Made by a program: the position numbers and the translations under genes | Assembly (NCBI GenBank): GCA_951406725.2 | Contig: OX597837.1 | Location: forward strand, 38,750,001 to 38,814,000 | Source of the DNA: Octopus vulgaris | Lineage: Eukaryota | Direction of reading: 5' to 3' | DNA: 64,000 nt | Part shown: positions 1 through 16,185 of the stretch, piece by piece | How positions within the stretch are numbered: position 1 is the stretch's first letter | Layout of the letters: every line of letters starts with the position of its first letter | The notes under the pieces: generated by a model | What the model saw: only the letters and a program-made list of their open reading frames with translations | Database searches by the model: none | Told to the model about the DNA's origin: nothing

Positions 1-133
1 CACACACGTGCGCATGAACGTCCTTGTGAGTATGTCTGCGTGCCTGCATGTGCGCATGCGTATATATGTTTGTGCGTGAATGTGTATGTACGTATATATA
101 AACATATATAAACACACTCATACACACACACAG

Positions 134-191
<58 letters not shown>

Positions 192-222
192 GTACTCACA
201 CGTACATACGTATATTCTACAT

Positions 223-665
223 TCACACAAACATACATTCATAGATGTAAAGATACGTACTTACATAAATATTCACACGTATATGTACACATACATTCGT
301 GTATACATACATATATACATACATACATATACACTTACACACATATACCCACACATACATACATACATACATACACACATACATACATACATACATACAC
401 ACATACATACATACATACATACATACATACATACATACATACACACATACATACATACATACATACATACATACACACACATACATACATACATACATAC
501 ATACATACATACATACATACATACATACACACATACATACATACACACATACATACATACATACATACATACACACATACATACATACATGCATACACAC
601 ACACATACATACATACATACATACATACACACATACACACATACATACATACATACATACATACA

Positions 666-697
<32 letters not shown>

Positions 698-830
698 CAC
701 TTACACACATACGCCCACACAAACATACATACATATGTACGTAGATACATACATATAGACTTCCTCAAACATGCGCACATACAAACATACATACACGCAT
801 GCATAGCTATATACATACAATGATAAACAA
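223..830. repeat. (TACA)n/(CA)n compound microsatellite
   Basis: Long run of acat/acac units; source of the MYVC/HTYI pseudo-ORFs. Confidence 0.95.
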
Positions 831-1034
831 CATATTCATATATGCATATATGCATATAGAATCATGCAGCCAAACATGCATACATACAGACAGACACGCA
901 GACAGACATGCACACCGACGTACAGATACACGCACACACACACATGCACACACTTGTGTGTGTGTGTGTGCGTGTTTTAATATTAATACTTCACAAACGA
1001 ATCTCCTCTTTTACACAGTTTTTTTATTATTATT

Positions 1035-1375
1035 ATTGAAAGGTGGGTGAATGTCGCAAGAATGGCCAGTATGAACGGACCAATTCTGAGGATACACCTG
1101 TGAAAAATTAAAAGGTAAATATAAAAGGAGAAAGGGGCTCTCTACCCCACTTTTAGACCAGGCTCCCGTGGCTTTTATGGGTTTTTCCACGAGTAACCTT
1201 TCGAAGCGCCTCCCCTATTGGGAATTTTAATTGTTACTTATTTTTCGTTTTTATCCTGCTTTTGTACATGGACCTTTTACAAACGGACAAAACCCTTTGT
1301 AACTTTCGTCCTGTGTTTTGTCCCTTTATGTTTTAATTGATTTTTGTTAGCCCTTGTGGCCAATAAACGAACGAA
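1035..1375 (+). mobile_element. 3' end of a non-LTR retrotransposon (L1/Tx1-like): ORF2 C-terminus, 3'UTR and (ATT)n tail
   Basis: Starts with IERWVNVARMASMNGP, homologous to FIER*VKVATMARVDGT on the minus strand at ~46430-46500. Ends in GCCCTTGTGGCCAATAAACGAA followed by (ATT)n. Clade assignment is by recall only. Confidence 0.6.
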
Positions 1376-1407
1376 TTATTATTATTATAATTATTATTAT
1401 TATTATA

Positions 1408-1455
<48 letters not shown>

Positions 1456-1465
1456 ACTATTATTA
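1374..1465. repeat. (ATT)n microsatellite shared by two tail-to-tail retroelements
   Basis: About 30 ATT units between two interspersed repeats. Confidence 0.9.
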
Positions 1466-1750
1466 TGTGAGAGAGCAGAGCATGCCATCAAAGTGACACC
1501 GGTGTACATACATACGAAGCGCAATGTACCCATCATGATTACCCGTCTGATAAGGTTTCACCAGGTGCATACATTACAATCGTATGTACACGACATGGTG
1601 ATCTCATATCAAGAAAAACAGCGTACGACCTTACAGTTGAGCCCAGTTAGAAGCTCATCCCGCTCAAAAGGTTCCTGAATAAGGGTTGTTTAAGAATGAT
1701 AAACGAAACACTCATGTTTTTAGGGGTGAATCATTCAAAGCCTAAAGAGT
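1466..1750 (-). mobile_element. Interspersed repeat, probable LINE 3' fragment
   Basis: Complex sequence running into a (TAA)n tail on the minus strand. Its end (ATTCAAAGCCTAAAGA) resembles the start of the block at ~23552 (ATTCAAACCCCAAAGA). Confidence 0.45.
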
Positions 1751-2540
1751 AATCTGTACATGAGATCCTAGAATTCAGGCTTCGATTCTGTTGGGATATC
1801 CCTTATGTATTTGCAGTAATATTGTGATTTCTGGAAGAATGATTTTCCAATGCAACTGTTTCCTGTTACGACAAAATATACATGCTTTCGGAATTTCTTC
1901 TAAGCGAACTTTCGCAAATGTTTTGTAATGTGCATATTTTCAGATAATCACAAGTTACTTTAATTCATCTCGTTAAATTATGTGAGTAATCTGTTAACGA
2001 TATCCTAGATTGCAGGTCTCAAGGAATTCTGCTCTGCTATCCTCTATATAGGCTCATCAATGCTGTGATTTCTGGAAGAAAAGTTTTCCAATGTAATTGT
2101 TTCCTATAACGACAGATATACATGACCTCGGACCTTCGTGTAAGAGAACATTTGTGTTTTAGAATTAGGTTATTCTTAGATAAACGTAAGATGCATTTAC
2201 TTATTTTTATGTGAGTAATCCATTCGGAAAATTCTAAATTACAGGTCTCAAAAGATTCTTCTGTGCTAGCCTCTAGATTGTTGCAGAAATGTCGTAAACA
2301 CTGGGAGAATTTCTTTCAAAGTAATAGCCTCTTATCACGACAGACATGCGTGGTTTGGATCTTCTTATAAGCGAACGTTTGTGTTTTGTAATGTGGATAT
2401 TCTCAGATAAACATAAGACGCATTCACTTGTTTATTTAATTTTGGTGAGTAATCTATTCACGATAATCTAAATCACAGGTCAAGAGGAATTCTACTGCGT
2501 TATCCTCTCCATACTAGCAGCAATACCATAATGACACAGA
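1747..2540. repeat. Diverged tandem repeat, ~230-237 bp unit, ~3.4 copies
   Basis: GAGTAATC recurs at 1747, 1984, 2213 and 2447. Shared internal blocks: caggtctca, tgatttctggaagaa, acgaca, taagcgaac, agataa. Confidence 0.85.
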
Positions 2541-2549
2541 ACTACTTAC

Positions 2550-2630
2550 CTGTTTCTGAAAACAGCGTCTCTTAAGGCAAAAATCAATCTTTCTCAATGA
2601 CAATTATGAGCTGAGAAAAGCTAAACCACC
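2550..2630 (-). other. Candidate spliced exon (stop-containing or UTR)
   Basis: Minus strand has a perfect donor CAG|GTAAGT at 2550/2549 and acceptors tattactcag| (2631) or ttttctcag| (2611). All three frames contain stops. Confidence 0.25.
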
Positions 2631-2920
2631 CTGAGTAATATGTAAATGTGTGTGCGTGCGTGTATGTCGGTGAATGTGAGTGCGCGTTCTTGTGTGTATG
2701 TATTTGATAGTTTCCGAATATGTATATGTGAGGGTGTGTGCCGTTATGTAACGTTATATAGAAATTATATATATTAATATATAGAGATATTATATAACTT
2801 ATATACATTATTATATATTATTTTGTTAAGATGATTTCTAAAGATATTCTATAAAACTTATTTTTGCTACAACGTTTCGTATCGAAACGTCAGAAGAAAA
2901 CAAACAAATCTTTAATACTA

Positions 2921-3012
<92 letters not shown>

Positions 3013-3016
<4 letters not shown>

Positions 3017-3107
3017 TTTATAGAAGGAGCTTCATTTACTCTTAATTTACTCTGCTATGTATTGAGTACCTTATTTATTGTGGTTAACCCCGACTCAACC
3101 CGGGACC

Positions 3108-3112
<5 letters not shown>
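3013..3112. mobile_element. Short (TA)n-embedded element, same family as 19037-19172
   Basis: GAGTACCTTATTTATTGTGGTTAACCCCGACTCAACCCGGGACCTAC is a near reverse complement of 19038-19085. (TA)n on both flanks. Confidence 0.75.
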
Positions 3113-3146
<34 letters not shown>

Positions 3147-3303
3147 AAAAAATACATATATAAAAATACAAAATGGGACAAGAACGCAAAACACTCAAAT
3201 AGACGACACAAAAAACGGACGGGTCATTTGAAGCGTCTAATCTTCAGTCAAGAACCGGATCATCTTCGCAATTTCGGCTGATATATATATATATATATAT
3301 AAA

Positions 3304-3372
3304 TTTTCTCTTTTCTCTTTTCTCTAGTTTCAACTCAGGGCTGCGGCCATGCTGGTGCACCGCCATTTAAAT
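3304..3372 (-). mobile_element. SINE 3' tail attached downstream of the 5S fragment
   Basis: GGCGGTGCACCAGCATGGCCGCAGCCCTGAGTTGAAACTAGAGAAAAGAGAAAAGAG matches the tail of the SINE at 31589-32017. Confidence 0.75.
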
Positions 3373-3379
3373 GTGTGTC

Positions 3380-3471
3380 GCTTACAGTACCTAGGTTTCC
3401 CAAGCGGTCACCCATCTAAGTACTAACTAGGTTCGACGTTGCTTAATTTCGGTGATCGGACGGGAACCGGT
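3380..3471 (-). pseudogene. 5'-truncated 5S rRNA-derived sequence
   Basis: Minus strand ACCGGTTCCCGTCCGATCACCGAAATTAAGCAACGTCGAACCTAGTTAGTACTTAGATGGGTGACCGCTTGGGAAACCTAGGTACTGTAAGC matches metazoan 5S from about nt 27 to the end, including box A and box C. The first ~26 nt are absent. Confidence 0.9.
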
Positions 3472-4029
3472 CCTTGTTTTGGCGAGAGTACGACACCCTC
3501 TGACGAGAATAGACGGAGCCACTACATATAAGTAGTAGCCGTCTGACGTAGTTGGCAGTTCGTAGTTTGGTCTTCGAATTTCCAGGTACAGTTTAGAGTT
3601 CGAGTTAGTGTGTTGGAACTATGGATTGTTGCTTCGTAAAAGATTGTTGGTACGTAACGTGATTGTTACTGCCGCTGTCTCTATTTTGTATTGTTATAGC
3701 ACTGTTAGATTTTGTTCTTAATCTATCGTCGACAATATCGATAAATTAAGTACCAGTTGCGTACTGGATCGATCTAATCGTTTGCCCCCCACCCCACTTC
3801 CCCCAAAGATTCAGAAAAGAATATCAACCGTACTACGGTATTGGAGGCGAAAGGATATAACAAATATATATACATATATATATTTGTACTCTCAAAATCT
3901 TTGTATATCTCAAAATCAAAGGGTATTATTACAGGCAAAAACTGATTGATATATAAATATATATACATTAAACATAAACATAAAAGTGCGTGTGTGTGTG
4001 TATGTGTGTGTGAATGTATTTATGTTTTT

Positions 4030-4073
<44 letters not shown>

Positions 4074-4206
4074 AATTATATATAATATATATGTATACGT
4101 ATACATTATATATAAATATATATGTACATATTATATATATATATATATACATATACACACATAAGCAAATGAGTCTAAGAAGGTTCATTCATACATGATT
4201 ATATAT

Positions 4207-4512
<306 letters not shown>

Positions 4513-4847
4513 TGCAGATATGTGTGTGTGTTGCAAAACCTGTGACGTATAACACGTGACATATGACGTATGACGTATGTTGTATGACGTATGATGTATG
4601 ACGTATGATGTGTGACGTATTAGCGTCGTTGTTAGTCGAACGAGCAATGTATGCAGCGCGCTTGTCTGTGAGCGAGTGTATGTGTGGCTATGTATGTGTG
4701 TATGTGTATGTGTGTATGTGTATGTGTGTATGTGTATGTGTGTATGTGTATGTGTGTATGTTCGGTTGCTGTTGGCAGTGCGAGTATGACTGAGTTTCAG
4801 GCCAGTGTGTGTTGCAGTGAAATGAATTTGCTGCTTTGCAGGTTGTT

Positions 4848-4884
<37 letters not shown>

Positions 4885-5053
4885 AGAGGTTTCATTCATG
4901 CTGGAGATAATATACGTGTGTGTGTGTGTATGTGTGTATGTATGTATATATATATATATATATGTGTGTGTGTATGTGTGTGTATGTATACATATATATA
5001 TACGTATGCGTGTGTGTGTGTGTGTGTGTGCATCGACGTACAAACTGACACAG

Positions 5054-5086
<33 letters not shown>

Positions 5087-5205
5087 AAGAGAAAGAAAGA
5101 GAGACGGACAGACATAGACAGATACATAGATAAATTTATTGACTAATTGAGAGATAAATATATATATATATACATATATATATATATCGATGTATATACA
5201 CACAT

Positions 5206-5307
<102 letters not shown>

Positions 5308-5397
5308 TCGAAACTGTATGTTTACAGCTGTTTCATAATTCACTTCCATATACGTCATCGATTCTTGTTCATGAGGCACAAAGTAAAACACAAACAT

Positions 5398-5476
5398 AGG
5401 GGTAATACCTTGGGCAAGTAACTTTTTCCATACCTCCGGCCAACCAAAAGTAGACGGAAACTGAAAGGAGCCGTCA
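5398..5476 (+). mobile_element. SINE fragment (CORE-like family)
   Basis: ACCTTGGGCAAGT...GTAGACGGAAACTGAAAGGAGCCGTC matches the SINE body. Confidence 0.6.
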
Positions 5477-5507
5477 TCCTTTTCTCTTGGACTTTCCTCT
5501 GTCTCCT

Positions 5508-5542
5508 GTTTCTGAAGAAGAGCTTTGCTCGAAACATAAAAC
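5508..5542 (+). ncRNA. Minimal type I hammerhead ribozyme motif
   Basis: gttt-CTGAAGA-A-GAGC ttt GCTC-GAAA-C-ATA-aaac. Stem I gttt/aaac, stem II GAGC/GCTC. CATA is probably a CpG-decayed CGTA. Confidence 0.6.
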
Positions 5543-5976
5543 TACTTTTCTTTCCTTCCCTGAACGTCTGCTAATACAACGCGTCCTCGCGTTGTTTTGT
5601 TTTTTTTTTCTTGTGTTTGTTCTTCGTTTTTTGGGAGGATTTACTATATACTATATATATATATTAATACTTTACTTTTCTCTCTGGATTGCGTGTTCGT
5701 TTCTCTTTTTGTCATCTGTGATTTTAGTTTTGATCTTCTATATAAATGAAGACTATTCCTCCGTCTGACTGCTTTTTCTCTCTACAAAACGGAAATTTAC
5801 ATTACGAAACAGTCATTTTAACGAGTTGTTTATATTTATTTATCACGCGACGGGATACATCTGCACCACCGGATGCCCCTGAACCAGTTGTTGAGTATCC
5901 CACCCAAGAGGAATCGATGCTAGATGTGCCGAAACAATTGTCATGATTTATTGTAAATTCTCGTGTCTTTCATTTG

Positions 5977-6029
<53 letters not shown>

Positions 6030-6034
<5 letters not shown>

Positions 6035-6365
6035 CTTCTTTTTAGTTTCTGTCAAGCAAATACATCCGCAATGGTTTATAAGTATGTGTGTGTGTGTGTG
6101 TGCATATGTTTGTATGTGAGTATGTGAGTCTGTGTGTGTGTGAGAGAGAGAGAGTTTTCTCTGTGTTTGTCCACCACCAGTCCTTCGCAGTTATTGCTGG
6201 TCTGTTTAACCTTAACCATAGCGATTCGGCAGAAGAGACCGATGGAATAGGCAATAGGCTTTATCTAAAAAAAAAAAGAAAGGAAAGAAACAGTACTGGC
6301 ATCCATTCATTCGGCTAAAATTTCTTCTATTCGGTGCCCCAGCATGGTCGCAGTCTACTAACTGA
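6030..6365. mobile_element. Degenerate SINE fragments (CORE-like family)
   Basis: TTCGGCAGAAGAGACCGATGGAATAGG...CGGTGCCCCAGCATGGTCGCAGTC on +; a short minus-strand piece at 6030-6085. Confidence 0.6.
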
Positions 6366-6436
6366 TCAACAGACACGTTTGCAAGCGTCACAGGGGTTTA
6401 TCTGTCATCTGGGGTGGATTGAACCTGACACTACGC

Positions 6437-6483
<47 letters not shown>

Positions 6484-6647
6484 AGAAAGAGAGAGAGACA
6501 GAGACAGAGAGATAGATATAGATATAGATATAGATATATACATACATACACATGTGATATATAGCATATATATATAATATATAATATATATGTATGCATA
6601 TATATTCACGATATATATATAGATATAGATATATATATATATATATA

Positions 6648-6681
<34 letters not shown>

Positions 6682-6888
6682 TATATGTTGTTCTAACGAT
6701 GCTATCATTTACTTATCTGATATTCGTACATTTTTCAAGGATAGAGGGCAAAAACATCATTGAAAAATTTTGGGAAGAAAAATCAAAGTGATAAATAGAC
6801 TTTAAAAAGAGATCGATTGATGCGTCTGTGCACACACTCACACACACACACACACACACACACGCGCGCACACATATTTATATTTACA

Positions 6889-6960
<72 letters not shown>

Positions 6961-7022
6961 CATATATATATATATGCCTGTTTGTTTCTATATATGTGTA
7001 TTTATATATGTATATATATATT

Positions 7023-7054
<32 letters not shown>

Positions 7055-7082
7055 CATATATACCTGCGAGTGTATATATATC

Positions 7083-7120
<38 letters not shown>

Positions 7121-7365
7121 GACTGCTAGTAAGTAATTTCCTCGTCGCATTTCTTCTTTACAAATTTTATTTTCAGTTCATCTTTTACACCCAGAGACAT
7201 CTATACATCTATACATCTATACACATATATCCCTGTACGTTTCGTTCTCAATTTTTACGTTCTTTGCACCACTTGTTTTGAATTCACAGATGAATCGAAA
7301 GACTCTTTATAATTGCCAGCTTGTTTTCTTTTTTCTGTGCTTTACCGTTGCTATCCTTTTCCTAC

Positions 7366-7485
7366 CTTCACTCTCGATCTGCATTTCTACTCGTCTACAC
7401 GCTGGCAGCTTCTTGTTGTTGACAATGCAGGACTGAACAATATTGTCGGTTAGTGTCGAAATTGCAATGATACCCCAGTTGACAG
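7366..7485 (-). CDS. Candidate 120-nt internal exon of an unidentified gene
   Basis: Acceptor ttattttcttcag| and donor GAAG|gtagga. Length is divisible by 3. Open frame VNWGIIAISTLTDNIVQSCIVNNKKLPACRRVEMQIESE in a unique-sequence island between microsatellites. Confidence 0.35.
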
Positions 7486-7846
7486 CTGAAGAAAATAATT
7501 CAATGTGTTTACGTTTATTTGTGCTGTCCGTCAACTTTTTTCCTCTAGTAAAATTCTTTATCCTCTTTATTTACCAACGTTGGCGACTGTTTGTATTTAT
7601 ATGTGTGTGTGTGTGTGTGTGGTTTATGTATATTTATACATCATGTATATATAACTCTATAAACGCGTTTACTCTCATATATTTTGTATACACAATATGT
7701 ATGTGCATATACTGTATATATGTGTGTGTGTATTATTGGCGGTGCCCCAGCATGGACGTAGTCTTAGAGCTGAATCATATGTCATTACAATAATACATAT
7801 ATATGTATGTATATGTAATAATACATATATATGTATGTATATGTAT

Positions 7847-7925
<79 letters not shown>

Positions 7926-8144
7926 TATATATATATATAAATGGTTGTGTGTATTTCTCCCTTGTTTATAATTAACACGGAAGAAATAGATAGACAGTTA
8001 CCAGGCCAGCAAAAACTCACACAAGTAATACGGACGTAACACCCTGTTTGTAAAGGTAGAAACTCCGGGTTGATGTGAAATATTTTCTATAATATATATA
8101 AATAAAAAATGGAGTTAAACGCAGGTATTATCGAAATTCTTTTA

Positions 8145-8228
8145 CTTCCGACATATGTTTCGAAGAGAACATTGGTATTATTGCAAAGGGATAAAATGGT
8201 GTAAAACAATGTAATCTCATCAGGGAAA
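8145..8228 (-). ncRNA. Type I hammerhead ribozyme motif with extended stem II
   Basis: tttcc-CTGATGA-gattACATTG...CAATGTtctcttc-GAAA-CATATG-TC-ggaag. Canonical core, palindromic stem III, GUC site. Confidence 0.7.
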
Positions 8229-8519
8229 GAAAGAAAGAAACCAAACTCATCAATAGGGCATTTTAACAGAATGTGATACATGTGTATAATGATGAACGGA
8301 ACGCTATTAAGTTTTTTTTTAATCCTTAGAAGATATAACGTCAAAGGTAGCCTATAGAAAGAGGAGGGGCATAGAAAAGAAATAAGCAAAAAACTAATAA
8401 ATGAAAAATATAGAGCGATATGTGAATTAAAATAAAATCTTAAAGGCTTGGAAAAAGATATGCCTAGTGGAAGTGAAATGAAAAAAGAAAATCAATGTTC
8501 AAATTATATATAATTGTAG

Positions 8520-8713
8520 ATTTCCCTGAGGTCGATTTGCAAAGATAAGTCCTGAGATCGACTAAAGGCAGTGCTCCAGCTTAGCCGCAGCCAAATGACT
8601 GAAACAAGTAAAAGAAAAAATATGTGTGTGTGTACGCATATATACATACATATAAAGATACATACATATATATATATTTCTGTGTATATATGTGTATGTA
8701 TATATAATATATG

Positions 8714-8760
<47 letters not shown>

Positions 8761-8940
8761 TTGTATGCATGTATATATGTGTACATACATATATGTGTGT
8801 GTCTGTGTGTGTGAGACACACACATGTATAGATATACCAAATCTACTCACAAGCCTCTAGTCGACCCGGGGCTGTATTAGACGCCACAGTTGCCTTGCAG
8901 TGGGACCGAACCTTGAAATAGTACTATGTAGTTGAGAAGC
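8520..8940. mobile_element. SINE fragments (tail on + at 8520-8620; body on - at 8836-8940)
   Basis: CGACTAAAGGCAGTGCTCCAGC...ATGACTGAAACAAGTAAAAG; ACCAAATCTACTCACAAG...GCAGTGGGACCGAACC. Confidence 0.65.
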
Positions 8941-9307
8941 AAAAAATACAATCAATTCATCATCGGCTCGGAGCCCTCCTTTGTGTCCAAGAATTGTATT
9001 ACCTAGATTCTCCAATTCCATTATTGGTTTGTTTGTTTTTTTTTTTGTTTTTTCTGTTTGAATCCTCATTGGCATTTCTTTGGAATAATACATAATCCAG
9101 CCTTAATCCTATTAATCCGAGGTTCTCAACCATTTTTTGGTTCCTACTTTGTTCGGTTGGACTCTCACAGTCATTCGATGTTTGAAATATCTTGTTATAT
9201 TTCCGTAATGAAATATTATTAAGAATTATATTCAAAACAATAAACTGTTAAAATATTTTGTGTATTCTAGAAGTAAAACCAGTCTAATGCACATATAAAT
9301 TTCAGTG

Positions 9308-9460
9308 GGAGAGTGGTAAGTAGTTTGCTTAACAACCACAAGGCTCCGGGTTCGGCTCCCACAGCACGGCACCTTGGGCAAGTGTCTTCTACTATAGCCT
9401 CGGGCCCACTAAAGCTTTGTGAGTGGATTTGGTAGAAAGAAACGGATAGAAGCATGGCGT
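9308..9460 (+). mobile_element. tRNA-headed SINE, 5' half (CORE-like family)
   Basis: GTGGTAAGTAGTTTGCTTAACAACCAC...GGTTCGGCTCCC (B box)...ACCTTGGGCAAGTGTCTTCTACTATAGCC. Confidence 0.8.
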
Positions 9461-9585
9461 ATACATACATACACACACACACATGTATATATATATAAAT
9501 ATATATATATATAATATAATATATAATATACACACACACATATATATAATATATACACACACACATGTATATATATATGTTTATA

Positions 9586-10034
<449 letters not shown>

Positions 10035-10037
<3 letters not shown>

Positions 10038-10132
10038 TATCGGTTCTTTTGCCTGACGTTAAGTTACGGAGATGTAAATATACCAAACGTGGTTGTCAGG
10101 TGACGGTGGGGGACACACAGACATAAAAACAT

Positions 10133-10206
<74 letters not shown>

Positions 10207-10319
10207 GACGGGCTTCTTTTTCAGTTTCCATCTACCAAATCCACTCACACTTGCCCAAGGTGCCACGCAGTGGGACTGAATCCGGAACCATGTGGCTGGT
10301 AAGCAAACTTCTTACCACA

Positions 10320-10376
<57 letters not shown>

Positions 10377-10570
10377 TTCGCCACTGCTTGACAACCGGTG
10401 TTGGTGTGTTTACCTCCCCGTAACTTAACAGTTCGGCAAAAGACTCCGAAAAGATAAATACCGGGCTATAAAAAGAAATACGTACTGGGCTCGATTCATT
10501 CGACTAAAATTAATCAATGCGATGCTCCAGCATGGCCGCAGTTTAATGAGTGGAACAAGTAAAGAAAAAA
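10035..10570. mobile_element. Two SINE copies (minus 10035-10320; plus 10372-10570)
   Basis: GCCCAAGGTGCCACGCAGTGGGACTGAATCCGGAACCATGTGG; CTTGACAACCGGTGTTGGTGTGTTTAC...CTCCAGCATGGCCGCAG. Confidence 0.8.
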
Positions 10571-10802
10571 CTACATACAAAAAAGAAAAGATAACCCGCA
10601 AGACCCAACCGGAATCCGATTGAGAACCATTACAGTTAATGATGACTGTCCGATGTCGCCCTCTGTGTCTGGACTCACCTTGTGTTACACATCTCTTATT
10701 GTCACGCCTTCACGTCCGTTGATCTGATTGGTTCTTCTTCAGTCTCCACTGTTCCAGATTTTGTGTGGCCTAGCCTGGCCTAGCCTGGCCTGGGCTTGCT
10801 TT

Positions 10803-10910
10803 CTGTCGATTACGACGACCAGTGGTCCCAGTTCATACGATCAACCGAACAGCCTGCTTATGAAATTCACGTGTGCCACGCTGAATCTCTTTCGGCGTCA
10901 CGTTAAGTCT
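10803..10910 (-). mobile_element. Tail fragment of the tRNA-Arg-like SINE
   Basis: Reverse complement matches the 3' part (51590-51660) of the SINE at 51284-51671. Confidence 0.6.
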
Positions 10911-11026
10911 ACGCAACATCTCTGGAGTGCATAGGTTTCATGTACTTAGAGATGGCGATTCCCTAAACCACCACCACCACCCCAGCCAGCCGCCACTCAC
11001 CCATCATAGGCCCTGGGTTTACTCAC

Positions 11027-11102
11027 GTAGTTTTGCTGGTGAATCGAAACCAAGGATGCGGCCCCCGATATGCGCTGCAGCACCCGTGGAACCATGTGTG
11101 AT
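11027..11102 (-). CDS. Candidate 76-nt exon of an unidentified gene
   Basis: Acceptor tttaacatattttcag| and donor CTAC|gtgagt. GC/CpG-rich, open in all three frames, and joins the 7366-7485 exon in frame. Confidence 0.35.
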
Positions 11103-11227
11103 CTGAAAATATGTTAAATAGGTTAACAGACAGATACTAAACACAAATATACAATGAAATATACTTCAGGATGAGACAAAACAGATTTCGAGAGGACAGA
11201 AAACACATACAAAAATATATTTATGTG

Positions 11228-11361
<134 letters not shown>

Positions 11362-11865
11362 GAGTGTATTTTTATATGCGTGTGTAGCGACTGGCAAAAA
11401 AGCAGATAACAGCCGAATTACATATATAGGGAAAGAGAAGAACAGATAAACAGATTAGATTTTGAAGAAAAAAACAGATATATGCACTCATACGTACATA
11501 TATGCAGATATGTGTGTGTATAGGCAGGTAAAATGGATTGACAGAAAATGAATAGACAGTTTTCAAAGATGGCGGTTAGTGGTGGTGGTGGTGGTGGCGG
11601 TGGCGGCGCTGGTGCTGGTGGAAGAGGAGGAGGGAGAATGGGGGAAGGTAAGGTATGGCGGTCGAGATTGGAAAACCTGAAAGTAAATGTCATTGCTATG
11701 GTAACGAGGTCAACAGCATCTGAGCAACTCAAATTATTGAGTGAATTGAGAGTCACACACAGAGGGAAAGAGATCTAAACGTGAGTGAATGTGGGGAGGG
11801 GGAAATATTTACAAAGTACGCATACGCACACATACTTCCATTCAATCATTCATTCATGTATCCAC

Positions 11866-11986
<121 letters not shown>

Positions 11987-12158
11987 TATATGCATATATA
12001 CTTACACACAAGTACACACTCATACGCATCCATATATCTATACTATATATTGTGTAGACATATACATATATGATTCATATATATGTATGTGTATATATAT
12101 ATATATATACACGCTTAATCACATACACAGGAATAGATAGATAGAAAGATAGATACAT

Positions 12159-12193
<35 letters not shown>

Positions 12194-12275
12194 TTGATAG
12201 ACAGATAGATTTTGAAATCTATCAGACTGACAGACGGACGGGCAGAGAGAAAGACAGACAGACAGACAGACAGAC

Positions 12276-12346
<71 letters not shown>

Positions 12347-12368
12347 GGTTGATGGATATATATATAGG

Positions 12369-12429
<61 letters not shown>

Positions 12430-12502
12430 CAAATGAACGTGTGTGTATGCGTGCGCTTGTGAAGGAGTGAGAAACTATGAGACATAAAGACGATACGCGT
12501 GT

Positions 12503-12544
<42 letters not shown>

Positions 12545-12599
12545 TGAGTGATAGGGGTGACTCAAAATTAGGATTTTTGAGAAAAAAAGGGGGAGGGGT

Positions 12600-16080
<3,481 letters not shown>

Positions 16081-16152
16081 GATGTAGTGTGTGTATAATA
16101 TATATATATATATATATATCTTAATGGTAATGATGATGGTGTTCTTTGTATG

Positions 16153-16185
<33 letters not shown>

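Noticed and set aside
1747-2540. CRISPR-like or coding repeat interpretation of the ~233-bp array
   Set aside because: The units are homologous along their whole length (no unique spacers), the periods are not all multiples of 3, and the context is eukaryotic.
2835-2895. Possible hammerhead around ACGTTTCG TAT CGAAACGTC
   Set aside because: Only the 3' half is convincing; there is no proper CUGANGA with closing stems.
3380-3471. Functional 5S rRNA gene
   Set aside because: It lacks the 5' ~26 nt and the oligo-T terminator, and is single-copy here.
5865-5946. GAAACAATTGTC hammerhead-like 3' half
   Set aside because: The best 5' core (CGGATGC) has two mismatches and stem II does not pair; at most a decayed relic.
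8037-8076. CTGTTTG...GAAACTCCGGGTT motif
   Set aside because: Three core mismatches; not supportable as a ribozyme.
10679-10765. Minus-strand donor CAAG|GTGAGT suggesting another exon
   Set aside because: Stops in all frames and no clear acceptor.
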